64,000 nt of DNA from a virus (IMGVR_UViG_3300043444_000523:1-64000); one strand, 5' to 3'; counted from the stretch's first letter, positions 9,203-18,665 are shown. The notes: a model not told the origin generated them from the letters alone. Numbers and translations: made by a program.

Positions 9203-9949
9203 ATGAGCGAGCTAATTAGTTTTGACAAAACGGCAATGAGCGAGCCATTTCAGCATGCGCCATGGGATGTTCGCGCAGATTGGCTTGAAGAACAAGGCCA
9301 AGGCGCTGAAGGTGAATTATCCAGGATGCCGTTCACTGCACAAATAGGGCCAGCGGTTTTTTCGGCTGTTGGCTTTTTGGGGCGTGGGAGCGGGAGCGGG
9401 CGCGGGAGCGGGCGCGGGAGCGGGCGCGGGATCGGGAGCGGGAGCGGGATCGGGAGCGGGAGCGGGCGCGGGAGCGGGAGCGGGAGCGGGAGCGGGAGCG
9501 GGCGCGGGATCTGGATCGGGAGCGGGAGCGGGAGCGGGAGCGGGAGCGGGAGCGGGAGCGGGAGCGGGCGCGGGAGCGGGAGCGGGCGCGGGAGCGGGAG
9601 CGGGCGCGGGAGCGGGAGCGGGCGCGGGAGCGGGAGCGGGCGCGGGGGCGGGAGCGGGATCGAACTTATACGGAGTTACGAAATGCAACACGGCAAAAAC
9701 TATTTGGTTCACTGCGGAGACTGGCACACGTTCGTTGGGAAATTTGTGCGATTCGTTTCGCCGTCGATTGCGGAATTCGAGTCTGTATCGAAAATCCGAG
9801 AAACCAGAAACGGAGACAATTGGAATAAACTGGCAAGCGGCGACCAATCCGCCCGCGATGCCTGCGATTATCAGCACTATACCACGCCGACATTCCTGCC
9901 CATCTCGATTGCCGTATTCGAGTGGGTTGGTGAACTGCCGCGTCGATGA
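9203..9949 (+). CDS. Gly-Ser repeat protein with a TIGR02996-like N-terminal motif
   Basis: GGAGG RBS; ADWLEEQG motif; about 90 residues of G-[S/R/I] dipeptides. Confidence 0.7.
   Translation: MSELISFDKTAMSEPFQHAPWDVRADWLEEQGQGAEGELSRMPFTAQIGPAVFSAVGFLGRGSGSGRGSGRGSGRGIGSGSGIGSGSGRGSGSGSGSGSGRGIWIGSGSGSGSGSGSGSGSGRGSGSGRGSGSGRGSGSGRGSGSGRGGGSGIELIRSYEMQHGKNYLVHCGDWHTFVGKFVRFVSPSIAEFESVSKIRETRNGDNWNKLASGDQSARDACDYQHYTTPTFLPISIAVFEWVGELPRR
9380..9661 (+). repeat. 6-bp coding microsatellite GGG(AGC/CGC/ATC)
   Basis: Read directly from the sequence. Confidence 0.95.
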
Positions 9950-9977
9950 TGGACCGGAAACCAAGTGAGGGCTGACG

Positions 9978-10427
9978 ATGGCAACGACAAAACACAAATT
10001 GTTCATCCGGTGGATGAATCGCCGCGACATGCCAGAAGTTCTTGCAATCGAGCAAGCCAGCAACGACGAGCCGTGGGCTGAGGATGATTTCTTGAAATGC
10101 TTGCGAGAACGAAATTGCATCGGAATCGTTGTTGCCCAAGGCGAAAACGTGATCGGATTCTCGATCTATGAACTTCAAAAAGGTCTGCTCGGAATCATCC
10201 GACTTTCTGTTCATCCGGCGCATCGCAGACGCGGTATCGGGAAAATGATCCTTGAAAAGCTGATTACAAAACTTTCGCTTGCGCGTCGAAATCGACTTTC
10301 AACCGTGATTTGTGAGACGGAACTTGCAGGTCAGTTGTTTCTGCGGAAAAACGGATTCAAAGCGATGAAAATGATTCGCGGGCACTTCGGCTCTCGTGAC
10401 GGAATCATGATGGAGTACGAACTGTGA
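9978..10427 (+). CDS. rimI: RimI-like GNAT N-acetyltransferase
   Basis: IRWM.RRDMPEVLAIE N-terminus; acetyl-CoA motif VHPAHRRRGIG; FL.KNGF. Confidence 0.8.
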   Translation: MATTKHKLFIRWMNRRDMPEVLAIEQASNDEPWAEDDFLKCLRERNCIGIVVAQGENVIGFSIYELQKGLLGIIRLSVHPAHRRRGIGKMILEKLITKLSLARRNRLSTVICETELAGQLFLRKNGFKAMKMIRGHFGSRDGIMMEYEL

Positions 10428-10804
10428 TCCGCTACCTCGACCGCAAGCTAACCGCCCGACAAGCCGCTATGCGGTGAGAAAAACGAAAGGCTAAACATGA
10501 CACCCGCCTACCGCTGGCCGAAACCTGGAACCGACTCGACGCCGACCGAGCCGGGGCACTACTGGCTCAGGAACGCAAAACAGTCGTCAGGGCTATTGAT
10601 CCCCGATGACGTTTACGAAGTGAGTCTGTTCGCGGGAATACTGATGATCCACGATTACGGACCAGTATACGTCCACGACATCATCGGCGAGTGGTGCCGC
10701 GTGCCGGAGCCGGGAGAGCCGGGAGCGTGAAACGTCTGACCACAACTGAACGCAACCGCCGCATCTCGGAAGGGCTTCGGCTTGCGTGGAAACGGAGGAA
10801 ACAA

Positions 10805-11008
10805 ATGGCCGCACTTTGGATCAACGTCGAATTCGAGTCAGTCAAACGAATCACCGACAAGGCGATCCTATTCGTTGTCGATGGTGAGGATGTTTGGATT
10901 CCAGTGAGCCAGATTGCGCCCAGCGACCGTGACCAGTACGAAGAGGGCGATACTGATGGAAGCGTTTCCGTCAGCGAGTGGTTTGCAAACCAGAAAGGAT
11001 TAGCATGA
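10805..11008 (+). CDS. Small conserved phage protein (TDKAIL...WIP.SQ family)
   Basis: GGAGG RBS; recognisable motif. Confidence 0.6.
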   Translation: MAALWINVEFESVKRITDKAILFVVDGEDVWIPVSQIAPSDRDQYEEGDTDGSVSVSEWFANQKGLA

Positions 11009-11217
11009 ATACGATCAGCAAGTTTCATTTCGGGAATGGCATCACGTTCTGCCGACTTGATGACGGCAGCGTTCGTGTCGAGGGAATGCAAGACAAAGAA
11101 TCTGTCGTGATTGACCCGTATTCGTAGATGTCGATTATCGACGCTGTTGGGTTCAACCCTGGGCAGACGATTGGACTGGCCAACGAAATTCATCGAGGGA
11201 TTGGGAGTAACGTATGA
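11005..11217 (+). pseudogene. Small phage gene interrupted by an in-frame TAG at 11125-11127
   Basis: Reads FHFGNGITFCRLDDGSVRV...IDPYS*MSIID; ATGA overlaps at both ends. Confidence 0.45.
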
Positions 11218-11561
11218 ACCGACTTCGCGCTATCTGGTTGTTTCTTCGCATCGTTTGGCGTCCGTGGGACACGTACCCGGACGGCGACAGGATTCGCACA
11301 TATCGAATTTCTGCAAAAACCGCGTGGGAAGTTTCACAAACTGTTTGGCTCGATTAACGGCTTGCGTGGAAACGGAGGAAGAAAATGAGCGAACAAGCAA
11401 AATGCCAACTGTGTGGCGAACCAATGCCCGCTGGCGAAGAAATGTTCAATTTCCACGGCTACAGCGGGCCATTGCCGAGTTCTGCGAACAGAAAACGGCA
11501 GAACATCGGCGCAAGGCGCATCATTTGCAACTGATTATCGACAAATACAAGGAGAGCGACC

Positions 11562-12299
11562 ATGAATCTTGACCGCGTTACCATTACCGGACCCGATGAC
11601 AGCATTCGGCCTGAAGACTTGATCGGACTGACAAAGGAATTCCCGTTTGTGGAGTGGGGCATCCTTCATTCCGCGAGCAACCGTGGGAACAATCGATTTC
11701 CAAGCCACAAGTGGATGTGCGATCTGCAAGACTTGGCTGGCAAAGAACACTTGCCGCTGTCGCTGCATCTCTGCGGTCGATACGTCCGCGAGCTTCTCTT
11801 TGGCGGCATCCCAGAAAGCGTGCTGACGTTCCTTCCCATGTTTCGCCGCGTCCAACTGAACTTTCATGCCGAGCGAAACGAATGCCATCCGAAATCGTTT
11901 TTTGAGGCGCTGAAGAAAATCAGCGAAGGGCAACGCGAATTCATCTTCCAACTTGATGGCGCTCTTGGCAATCAGCACATGGACGCGGTACGCGCGATTG
12001 GTGAACTCAACACGTTCGGCTTGTTCGACGTGTCCGGCGGTGCTGGCATTCTGCCAACCGAATGGCCGTCACCGATCTACTATCGCGACATGCGACCGGA
12101 CTACCACGGCTACGCAGGCGGTCTTGGGCCGGACAATCTCGCCGAGCAGATGCCGCTGATCGGCAAAGCCGCGAAAGGTTGTCGATTCTGGATTGACATG
12201 GAGACGCGGGTGCGGTCGGACAACGACCGGCAATTCGACCTTGCCAAAGTGCGGAAATGTTTGGAGTTGTCGCGGCCGTTCGTGAAAGGGCCAGCATGA
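11562..12299 (+). CDS. TrpF/PRAI-like TIM-barrel phage protein
   Basis: SLHLCG, RVQLNF, LFD.SGG.G, GYAGGLGPDN, WIDMET.VR motifs. Confidence 0.75.
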   Translation: MNLDRVTITGPDDSIRPEDLIGLTKEFPFVEWGILHSASNRGNNRFPSHKWMCDLQDLAGKEHLPLSLHLCGRYVRELLFGGIPESVLTFLPMFRRVQLNFHAERNECHPKSFFEALKKISEGQREFIFQLDGALGNQHMDAVRAIGELNTFGLFDVSGGAGILPTEWPSPIYYRDMRPDYHGYAGGLGPDNLAEQMPLIGKAAKGCRFWIDMETRVRSDNDRQFDLAKVRKCLELSRPFVKGPA

Positions 12300-13063
12300 A
12301 CCACGAATCCGCCTTCCTCGCCGCCATCCGCGACCAGCCCGCCGACGATTTCCGCCGACTCGTATATGCCGAGTACCTGGATGGGCAGGGCGATCCGAGA
12401 GGCGAACTGATACGGGTGCAGTGCGAGTTGGCGAAGATGACTTGCGACAAGTGTAACATGACTGGCACTTTCATAGCCGACAATGGAAAACATTACGTGA
12501 AATGCAGCACCTGCTGGCCTCTGCGAGAACGTGAAATCGAACTGTTCCATTTCCATTGGAACGAATGGGCCAAACCGTTTGACGCACTCAGACGGATCAA
12601 CCCGCTGCCGTTCACCGTCCGCTTCGTTCGCGGCTTCCCCGAAGTCTCGCTGACGATTAGTGCGTTCCTGGGTGAGCGGTGCGAATGGCACGTTCACACC
12701 GGCAATTCTCGCAGTGGCAATTTCAGCAAGTGCCTTTACTGCCACGACACCGGCTACCGCAACGGCCTCGCCGGTCCGCTGTTCGCCGCGTGCCCGGACA
12801 TCATGGCCGTGCGACTGACGGATCGGGAGCCAGATTTTGTTGACTGGTGGAACGCGGATCGGCCGCATCCAAACTCTTCTACTCTTCATCCAGAATCAGA
12901 ATTACCATTCGTGCTCTGGAAGAATCTCGACATAACTGGTCGTGATCGGTGTAAACAAGCCGACTCCCCCGCTCATGCTCACGCCGCCATGTCCGCCGCG
13001 TGCATGAAGCTGGGGCTGGAGTGGGCGGAACTGGAACACGAACGAAAGGCGGTGACGGCGTGA
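12296..13063 (+). CDS. TIGR02996 repeat-companion domain protein
   Basis: AFLAAIRDQPADDFRRLVYAEYLDGQGDPRGELIRVQCELA and FVRGF; family typical of Gemmata-like planctomycetes and myxobacteria. Confidence 0.88.
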   Translation: MNHESAFLAAIRDQPADDFRRLVYAEYLDGQGDPRGELIRVQCELAKMTCDKCNMTGTFIADNGKHYVKCSTCWPLREREIELFHFHWNEWAKPFDALRRINPLPFTVRFVRGFPEVSLTISAFLGERCEWHVHTGNSRSGNFSKCLYCHDTGYRNGLAGPLFAACPDIMAVRLTDREPDFVDWWNADRPHPNSSTLHPESELPFVLWKNLDITGRDRCKQADSPAHAHAAMSAACMKLGLEWAELEHERKAVTA

Positions 13064-13635
13064 ACATCGAAATACTGTGCTGGAAGTGCGGGACTGGCTT
13101 GAAGTATCACTTCTACATCAGCCCAATAGTAGACAATTCATTGAGTATGGAAATCGATCCATGTCCAAAGTGCTGTCCACATCCGGTAGCCGTGGACAAG
13201 ACAGACACGGAGTCAATCAGGAAGATGGAAGCGGCAATGGCGGAATACTTGAAGAGTTACAACGAACCGATAACCGCACTCACCGACGAACTCGGCAGAC
13301 CGGCTGGGGCTGTCTGGAAAAAAGCAAATGGGTACAGAATCGTACTACAAATAACAAAAGAATCTGACGGCAGATTTTCAGCCGTGGCACTGAATCTTCC
13401 AGGGGCGGGAAGCTGTGGTGATACTGCCGCCGAAGCCGAAGCCAATGCCAAGGAAGCGATTCTCGCAGCTATTGAAAGCTACGGCGATTACATTCCGTGG
13501 ACGGAACCGCGACTGACAAAAGATACGGGGATTGTGAAATATATCATGCTGAAACGTGAATCGGAACCCGTTGACGACTTCCCGAATCAATACGACGACT
13601 ACGTTCGCGGGCTGCGAAAGGAAGGCAAGCTGTGA
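13060..13635 (+). CDS. Protein with N-terminal CxxC motifs and a HicB-like antitoxin domain
   Basis: ESDGRFSAVALNLPGAGSCGDTAAEAEANAKEAILAAIE matches the HicB fold signature. Confidence 0.7.
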   Translation: MNIEILCWKCGTGLKYHFYISPIVDNSLSMEIDPCPKCCPHPVAVDKTDTESIRKMEAAMAEYLKSYNEPITALTDELGRPAGAVWKKANGYRIVLQITKESDGRFSAVALNLPGAGSCGDTAAEAEANAKEAILAAIESYGDYIPWTEPRLTKDTGIVKYIMLKRESEPVDDFPNQYDDYVRGLRKEGKL

Positions 13636-13862
13636 GCCGCAAAACCGGGAACCTACGAAAACGCCCTGCTATCGAGTCAGCAAAATGCAAGGCGTTACCA
13701 AAACGTGCCACGGCAATTCAAAGATTGCTGCAATCTACGTTCAAAGTTCATATAGACGCTGGGCGGGATCAAATCGTGTTTGATGCCGTATACGTCACTG
13801 ACGTTACGCCACAGACGCTGTTCTTGAAAGCAGTAGGAATGACCACCATTTTGGGGTAAGCC

Positions 13863-14195
13863 ATGACCGACCTGCAAAGAGCCGCGATTGCACTGGATGA
13901 ATTGTTTGCGGATAAGAGCCGATGGACGCAAGGGGCGTTTGCACGGCGGAAAGACGGTAGTGAATGCTCGTCACGTTCTGGTGATGCTGCTTGTTGGTGT
14001 TTGCTGGGAGGGATAAATCGTACCGCAGAGTGTCTTATTGACTGTGGAATTTTGCAAAAAATGGCCGAAGATATAAGTCATGAACAGCACCTTTCTTATA
14101 CCGCAATAGATGTCAACGACTTCAGAGGCTACGATGCCGTCATGCAGGTGATCGGTGAGGTGCGCAAGCGGCTTGGTGTACCGAGGGCAGAATGA
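13863..14195 (+). CDS. DUF6197-like hypothetical protein
   Basis: RWTQGAFAR...CWCLLGGI...ND motif. Confidence 0.6.
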   Translation: MTDLQRAAIALDELFADKSRWTQGAFARRKDGSECSSRSGDAACWCLLGGINRTAECLIDCGILQKMAEDISHEQHLSYTAIDVNDFRGYDAVMQVIGEVRKRLGVPRAE

Positions 14196-14524
14196 AAATA
14201 ACCAACAGGCATCTGCTCAGGGAGTTTTCCAGGAAGCCAGCATGTGAGTTTTGCGGCAAGAGGAACACTCATGGCCTCGACCCGCACCATTTTTGGGTCA
14301 AGAGAGGCATGGGCGGAGGAAGCCGACTGGATGTGGCCATAAACCTGATTGCACTTTGCCGAATTCCGTGCCACCATGATGCCGAACACGGGAAGATCAC
14401 CAAAGAGACACTGCTGAAGATCGTGTCCAGAAGAGAGAAGAGGACAGAAGAGAGCATCATCAAAGAGCTGACGAGGCTCAGGTGGTCGATTGGCAAAGAA
14501 CAACAAACAGACACATGGCAATAA
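14192..14524 (+). CDS. HNH-like zinc-binding nuclease
   Basis: CEFCG...DPHH...GMGGG...NLIALC..CH...H. Confidence 0.75.
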   Translation: MKITNRHLLREFSRKPACEFCGKRNTHGLDPHHFWVKRGMGGGSRLDVAINLIALCRIPCHHDAEHGKITKETLLKIVSRREKRTEESIIKELTRLRWSIGKEQQTDTWQ

Positions 14525-14545
14525 TAGGCGCGACTCGCGCCTATT
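14523..14545. promoter_or_regulatory. 23-bp palindromic site, copy 4
   Basis: Perfect palindrome, 20 bp upstream of a promoter. Confidence 0.8.
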
Positions 14546-14565
14546 ATTTCGGTATCCGTTTTTTC

Positions 14566-14594
14566 TTGACGGCGAATCGCTTTTGCTATACACT
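14566..14594 (+). promoter_or_regulatory. Sigma70-type promoter TTGACG-17-TACACT
   Basis: Spacing and hexamers read from the sequence. Confidence 0.6.
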
Positions 14595-14617
14595 GTCCTA
14601 AACCCAAGGAATTGAAA

Positions 14618-14929
14618 ATGAAAATCCGAGATGCAGCAATTCGAGTCATGGAACGTGGCCATTCTCGGTTCCCAAGACTCGCCCAACACTACTTGGCCAG
14701 AAACGTCGTTGCCGAGTACATTCACTCAAATCCAGAGTTCGGCAAAGAAGAAGTAGGCGATGCCCCTGACGCACTCAAGGAGTCGCTTCGGGCCGCTTTT
14801 GATGCTGTTGAAGCACGGCTTGAGTCAAACGGGAAAACGGTCCTGTTGTCACTGGTTCAAGCAGCTGAATATGTTCTGATTGACGCCGGGCTCATTGACG
14901 TTCTGTGGGATATGTGGTTCAAAAAGTAA
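14618..14929 (+). CDS. Hypothetical protein
   Basis: AAGGA RBS downstream of the promoter. Confidence 0.55.
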   Translation: MKIRDAAIRVMERGHSRFPRLAQHYLARNVVAEYIHSNPEFGKEEVGDAPDALKESLRAAFDAVEARLESNGKTVLLSLVQAAEYVLIDAGLIDVLWDMWFKK

Positions 14930-14950
14930 TTTCACTTGAAAGGGTCTATC

Positions 14951-15205
14951 ATGGCCGAATAATTGAACAAGCCTGTTGCTGGCTGGAAGTCCAGTGAGTT
15001 CTGGAGTAACCTTCTTTCGCAGGTGACTCCTGTTGTTGGGCTGCTAGTCACTCTTGGAGTTGTAACACAAGTCCAAGGCGATGCATGGTCGAAGACTGGC
15101 GTGGCCATCATTGGCGCAATTGCGTCCATCGTTGCCGCTTTCGCTGGCAGCAGCACGGCAAAGAACTACACCAACAACCGAACGAAGCTGAAATCTGGTG
15201 AGTAA
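14951..15205 (+). pseudogene. Holin-like two-TM protein with an in-frame TAA at codon 4 (or TTG restart at 14963)
   Basis: ATG GCC GAA TAA TTG AAC...; GWKSSEFW motif followed by two hydrophobic segments and a basic tail. Confidence 0.5.
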
Positions 15206-15305
15206 AAATGAACGGCTACGAAATTGCAGCTATCATCGTTGCTTGTGCGGTCGCGTTCATGTTGATTACGGCTACGCTTCGTGCTAAGTACAAAAAGGAC
15301 TCATA

Positions 15306-15866
15306 ATGTCACGCATCCTGATCTTACTGATCCTGTCCTGTCCCGCGTTCGCACAATCGCCGCCGTCAATCGAAAAACTCGTTGACGATCTTGCGGCACT
15401 ACGGGCGCAACGTCTGGACCTGGAGAAGAAAGAGGCCGAGAAGTCGGCAGAATTAAAGTCACGGCTGGCGGAGTTGCAGCGCCGCATCGACGATCTTGTC
15501 GGGCCGGTCAAGCCAGACACGAATGCGGAGTTCCTATCGGCGGTCAAAGCCGCTCTCGCAAAAGAATCGGACGCCGACAAGTTGTTACTGCCCAAACTGA
15601 TTAGCCTGTATCGGGCCGCATCGCAGACGGTATCGGCGGCAACGACCTGGGGCGCGTTATGGCAGGCAATGGCATCGACCGCGACACAACTTGGCATAGC
15701 TGGCGGCAAGTTGCCCAACGTACAAGCCGCTGTAAGCAAAGAGTTAATCGCACGTTTGCCGATCAACCCGCGTGAGAAACCGGCTGAGACTCTGACGGCG
15801 GATCATGCGAAACTACTGGCGTCTGAGTTTGCCCGCGTTGTCACCGTACTGGAGCAAGTGAAATAA
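15306..15866 (+). CDS. Exported coiled-coil protein
   Basis: Signal peptide MSRILILLILSCPAFA; heptad-rich segment. Confidence 0.65.
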   Translation: MSRILILLILSCPAFAQSPPSIEKLVDDLAALRAQRLDLEKKEAEKSAELKSRLAELQRRIDDLVGPVKPDTNAEFLSAVKAALAKESDADKLLLPKLISLYRAASQTVSAATTWGALWQAMASTATQLGIAGGKLPNVQAAVSKELIARLPINPREKPAETLTADHAKLLASEFARVVTVLEQVK

Positions 15867-16477
15867 TGGAAAAACTCATAATTACATCAGAGCACGTTCG
15901 AGAAGGTAAATACATTGGAACGCCTGTCAATGACTGGCATGGCCACATTGAGATAGAAGCTAATCTTGGAATTGTGTTTTTCAACGGAAGCATAATTGCC
16001 AAAGGCAAGGTCGTTTCAAAAGCTGGTTCTGGAATCAAAGCCGGTGAGGGAATCGAAGCCGGTGAGGGAATCAAAGCCGGTGAGGGAATCAAAGCCGGTT
16101 GGGGAATCAAAGCCGGTGGTGGAATCAAAGCCGGTTGGGGAATCGAAGCCGGTGGTGGAATCAAAGCCGGTGAGGGAATCGAAGCCGGTGAGGGAATCAA
16201 AGCCGGTGAGGGAATCAAAGCCGGTGGTGGAATCAAAGCCGGTGGTGGAATCAAAGCCGGTGAGGGAATCGAAGCCGGTGGTGGAATCGAAGCCGGTTTA
16301 TCGATTGTATGCAAGTGGATTTTTTCAAAGTTTCGTATTTTTGCTGGTCTGTGTATATGGAAAAATCCTGACCAAAGCGAAATGGAGATTCGCGGACAGC
16401 TTCGCTCAGGCACAATAGCGTTTGGGACTCACGTTGTTCCAAGTACAAAAGAAGAACCAGAAAAGGCGGCTGTATGA
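15866..16477 (+). CDS. Hexapeptide-repeat (I[K/E]AG[E/W/G]G) beta-helix-like protein
   Basis: About 15 repeats; stop/start overlaps on both sides. Confidence 0.75.
   Translation: MEKLIITSEHVREGKYIGTPVNDWHGHIEIEANLGIVFFNGSIIAKGKVVSKAGSGIKAGEGIEAGEGIKAGEGIKAGWGIKAGGGIKAGWGIEAGGGIKAGEGIEAGEGIKAGEGIKAGGGIKAGGGIKAGEGIEAGGGIEAGLSIVCKWIFSKFRIFAGLCIWKNPDQSEMEIRGQLRSGTIAFGTHVVPSTKEEPEKAAV
16031..16300 (+). repeat. 18-bp coding tandem repeat GGAATC(A/G)AAGCCGGT(GAG/TGG/GGT), about 15 units
   Basis: Read directly from the sequence. Confidence 0.95.
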
Positions 16478-17517
16478 GCAACGCATTCGATTTCAGTCAA
16501 GTCGGTGGCGTGAGAATGTTTCAGGCGACCGACGACCCCGGTGATCCTGACGCTGGAGTGTGGAACTTTGGACTGGTTCCGTCCGCAATCGACCAGAATT
16601 TGTCGCCGCCAATTCGCAATGAGTTTTTCTCGCGTGTTGCATCTGATGTGATTGACATTTGCCCACGACTCCCAGACTTCCACGAAGCCGCGCCATCGCT
16701 TGCTGGTAGGTGGGACGGGAAAACGTCTATCAGTCTTTGGCTTGCTACTCAGAAAGTGGACAAGGGCAACCTTGGCAGAATCGGCGTCTTTCTGCCAGCA
16801 CAAAATCAGCCTCGTGGGACGTGTGTTGGACGTGGATGCTCAGGCGCTGGCAATGTGCTGCAATGCGTTCAGATCGTGGCCGGATTGTCTCAGTCAGAGT
16901 TTAGGTCGCTATCGCACGCATGGCTATATGCTGGCGCTCGAAAGAAGGGCGGAATGCTCCGTTCGTGGTCTGATGGCGCACCAGGAGCATATGCCGCATT
17001 GTGGGCACAGGAGAAAGGGCTTATCACTCAAACCGAAGGCAATGACGAGAACTACTACGGGGCAGGATCGGATGACGTTGCCGTAAAATGGGGATATTAC
17101 GGACCACCTGTTGAACTTGAACCGGAAGCCAGTGACAACCCATTCCAAGAAGTTGCTTACTGCCGATCATTTCAGCAGTTTGCCGACACTATCGCATCCG
17201 GTGGAGTCGTGACAGTTGCCAGCAATCAAGGCTTCACGATGGAGAGGGATGCGGACGGAATCTGCCAACCGAAAGGGTCATGGGCACACCAGATGTTTGG
17301 CGCTGGCGTTGTCGTAATCAAGGGCACGGCTTACGGGCTGATCGGTCAATCATGGGGCAACAACGTGCCGTCCGGCCCCACCGCACTTGGATCGCCGGAT
17401 TATGTGTTTGCGGTCCATCACGAAGTTCTTGACCGCATGTTGCGGCAAGGCGACTCGTGTTCGATCCTGTCTCTGAAGGGATGGGGCGCAGTCAATCCTG
17501 ATCCGTGGGTGTTCTAG
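16474..17517 (+). CDS. Papain-like (C1) cysteine peptidase
   Basis: NQPRGTCVG (Q...C), WAHQM (His), GQSWG (NSWG-like). Confidence 0.75.
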   Translation: MSNAFDFSQVGGVRMFQATDDPGDPDAGVWNFGLVPSAIDQNLSPPIRNEFFSRVASDVIDICPRLPDFHEAAPSLAGRWDGKTSISLWLATQKVDKGNLGRIGVFLPAQNQPRGTCVGRGCSGAGNVLQCVQIVAGLSQSEFRSLSHAWLYAGARKKGGMLRSWSDGAPGAYAALWAQEKGLITQTEGNDENYYGAGSDDVAVKWGYYGPPVELEPEASDNPFQEVAYCRSFQQFADTIASGGVVTVASNQGFTMERDADGICQPKGSWAHQMFGAGVVVIKGTAYGLIGQSWGNNVPSGPTALGSPDYVFAVHHEVLDRMLRQGDSCSILSLKGWGAVNPDPWVF

Positions 17518-17528
17518 GAGAAATCATC

Positions 17529-17772
17529 ATGGCTGTTAAATGTTCTGTACCGCAAGGGCAGCAAGCGACTATTGATCATCTAAAATCTACGCTGACAACT
17601 GTAATCCAGTCCTGGATTGATGAATCCTATCGATGGTGGTACATGGTATGGTCTAGGCTCTTTCGTTGGTAATAACATCGCATCATTCATGAGCAAAGCC
17701 GCCATTGCTGTCATTGAAGCCGTAGTTGATACTGACAGATACCACAAAGAAAACAAAACGTCGTTTGAATAA
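17529..17772 (+). pseudogene. Small gene with an apparent 1-nt frameshift near 17625
   Basis: AGGAG RBS; the span is 3n+1 nt and two overlapping frames join into one plausible protein. Confidence 0.35.
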
Positions 17773-17780
17773 GGCATGAA

Positions 17781-18665
17781 ATGCGAAACATCGCTTCCAT
17801 TCTGATCGTTCTGTCATTGGCGTCCGTCTTACGTGCTGACGACGACGCGCGAGCAATCATGCTCATGCTCATGCGCATCGCGTTGGCGAACCCGTCGAAG
17901 CAGGCTGAACAGCCTGTCACTGAATCCAAGCCGTCAATCTGCATCACGCTCGCAGATTTCCCTTGCGCTCCGTGCGAAGCCCTGAAGCGGTACGATTGGT
18001 CCGCGTTCAATGTTGAATGGAAGATCGGCGGCGCAGATTCATACCCGCAAATAACGTGGTACGAAAACGGTGAACGATGGGGCGTCAAAGGGTTGTACAC
18101 GCCGGAACAAATTCTCAAGTACGTCCGACCTGTGAAGGCGTCACAAGCCCCGACGCCGATAGACGAGGTGCGGCGCATTCTTGCGCTGCTCAAGCCGACT
18201 CGCGCCGAGACGTTCATCGACTATGGTTGCGGAGATGGTCGTTGGCTCATTGAAGCCGTGCGATCCTACAGGTGCAAAGCAATAGGTATCGAGATTGACC
18301 CGGCACAAGTCGAAAGAGCCCGTGTCGCCGTCAAGGATGCCGGACTCGACAACCTTATCCGCATCATCGAAGGCGATGTAACGACTGTTGACGTACAAGC
18401 CGATGTTGGTGTGGTGTACCTATACCCGGACACGCTGACACGGCTCAAGCCGAGATTGACGCAATTGAATCGGTTCGCATCATACATGCACCGCGTTGAC
18501 GGGCTTGTGATGCATCAGGACGGCGATGTATGGCTGTGGGAACGCCAACCGGAACAGCGGCACGCCGTATGGGGCGGCAGTGTGTATTCAGGGCCGGTCT
18601 GCTCGAATCCAGGATGCGTTATGTGCCAGTCGATCCGGCAACAACTTGGACAGAGGACACGATGA
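17781..18665 (+). CDS. Signal peptide + thioredoxin-like CxxC + class I SAM methyltransferase fusion
   Basis: CAPCEALK; FIDYGCGDGR, GIEID, GDV, VVYLYP; C-terminal CSNPGCVMC. Confidence 0.75.
   Translation: MRNIASILIVLSLASVLRADDDARAIMLMLMRIALANPSKQAEQPVTESKPSICITLADFPCAPCEALKRYDWSAFNVEWKIGGADSYPQITWYENGERWGVKGLYTPEQILKYVRPVKASQAPTPIDEVRRILALLKPTRAETFIDYGCGDGRWLIEAVRSYRCKAIGIEIDPAQVERARVAVKDAGLDNLIRIIEGDVTTVDVQADVGVVYLYPDTLTRLKPRLTQLNRFASYMHRVDGLVMHQDGDVWLWERQPEQRHAVWGGSVYSGPVCSNPGCVMCQSIRQQLGQRTR

Noticed and set aside
9317-10120. Pro-Ala and Gly-Ala repeat ORFs in other frames
   Set aside because: By-products of a stop-free hexamer repeat; only the Gly-Ser frame has an RBS and operon overlap.
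7828-15205. Genome-wide stop-codon reassignment
   Set aside because: The interruptions involve TGA, TAG and TAA once each, all three terminate well-defined genes elsewhere, and no suppressor tRNA was found.
1-16300. Tandem repeats or the 23-bp palindromes as a CRISPR array
   Set aside because: The tandem units have no unique spacers and are in-frame coding; the palindromes are kilobases apart; no cas genes were seen.
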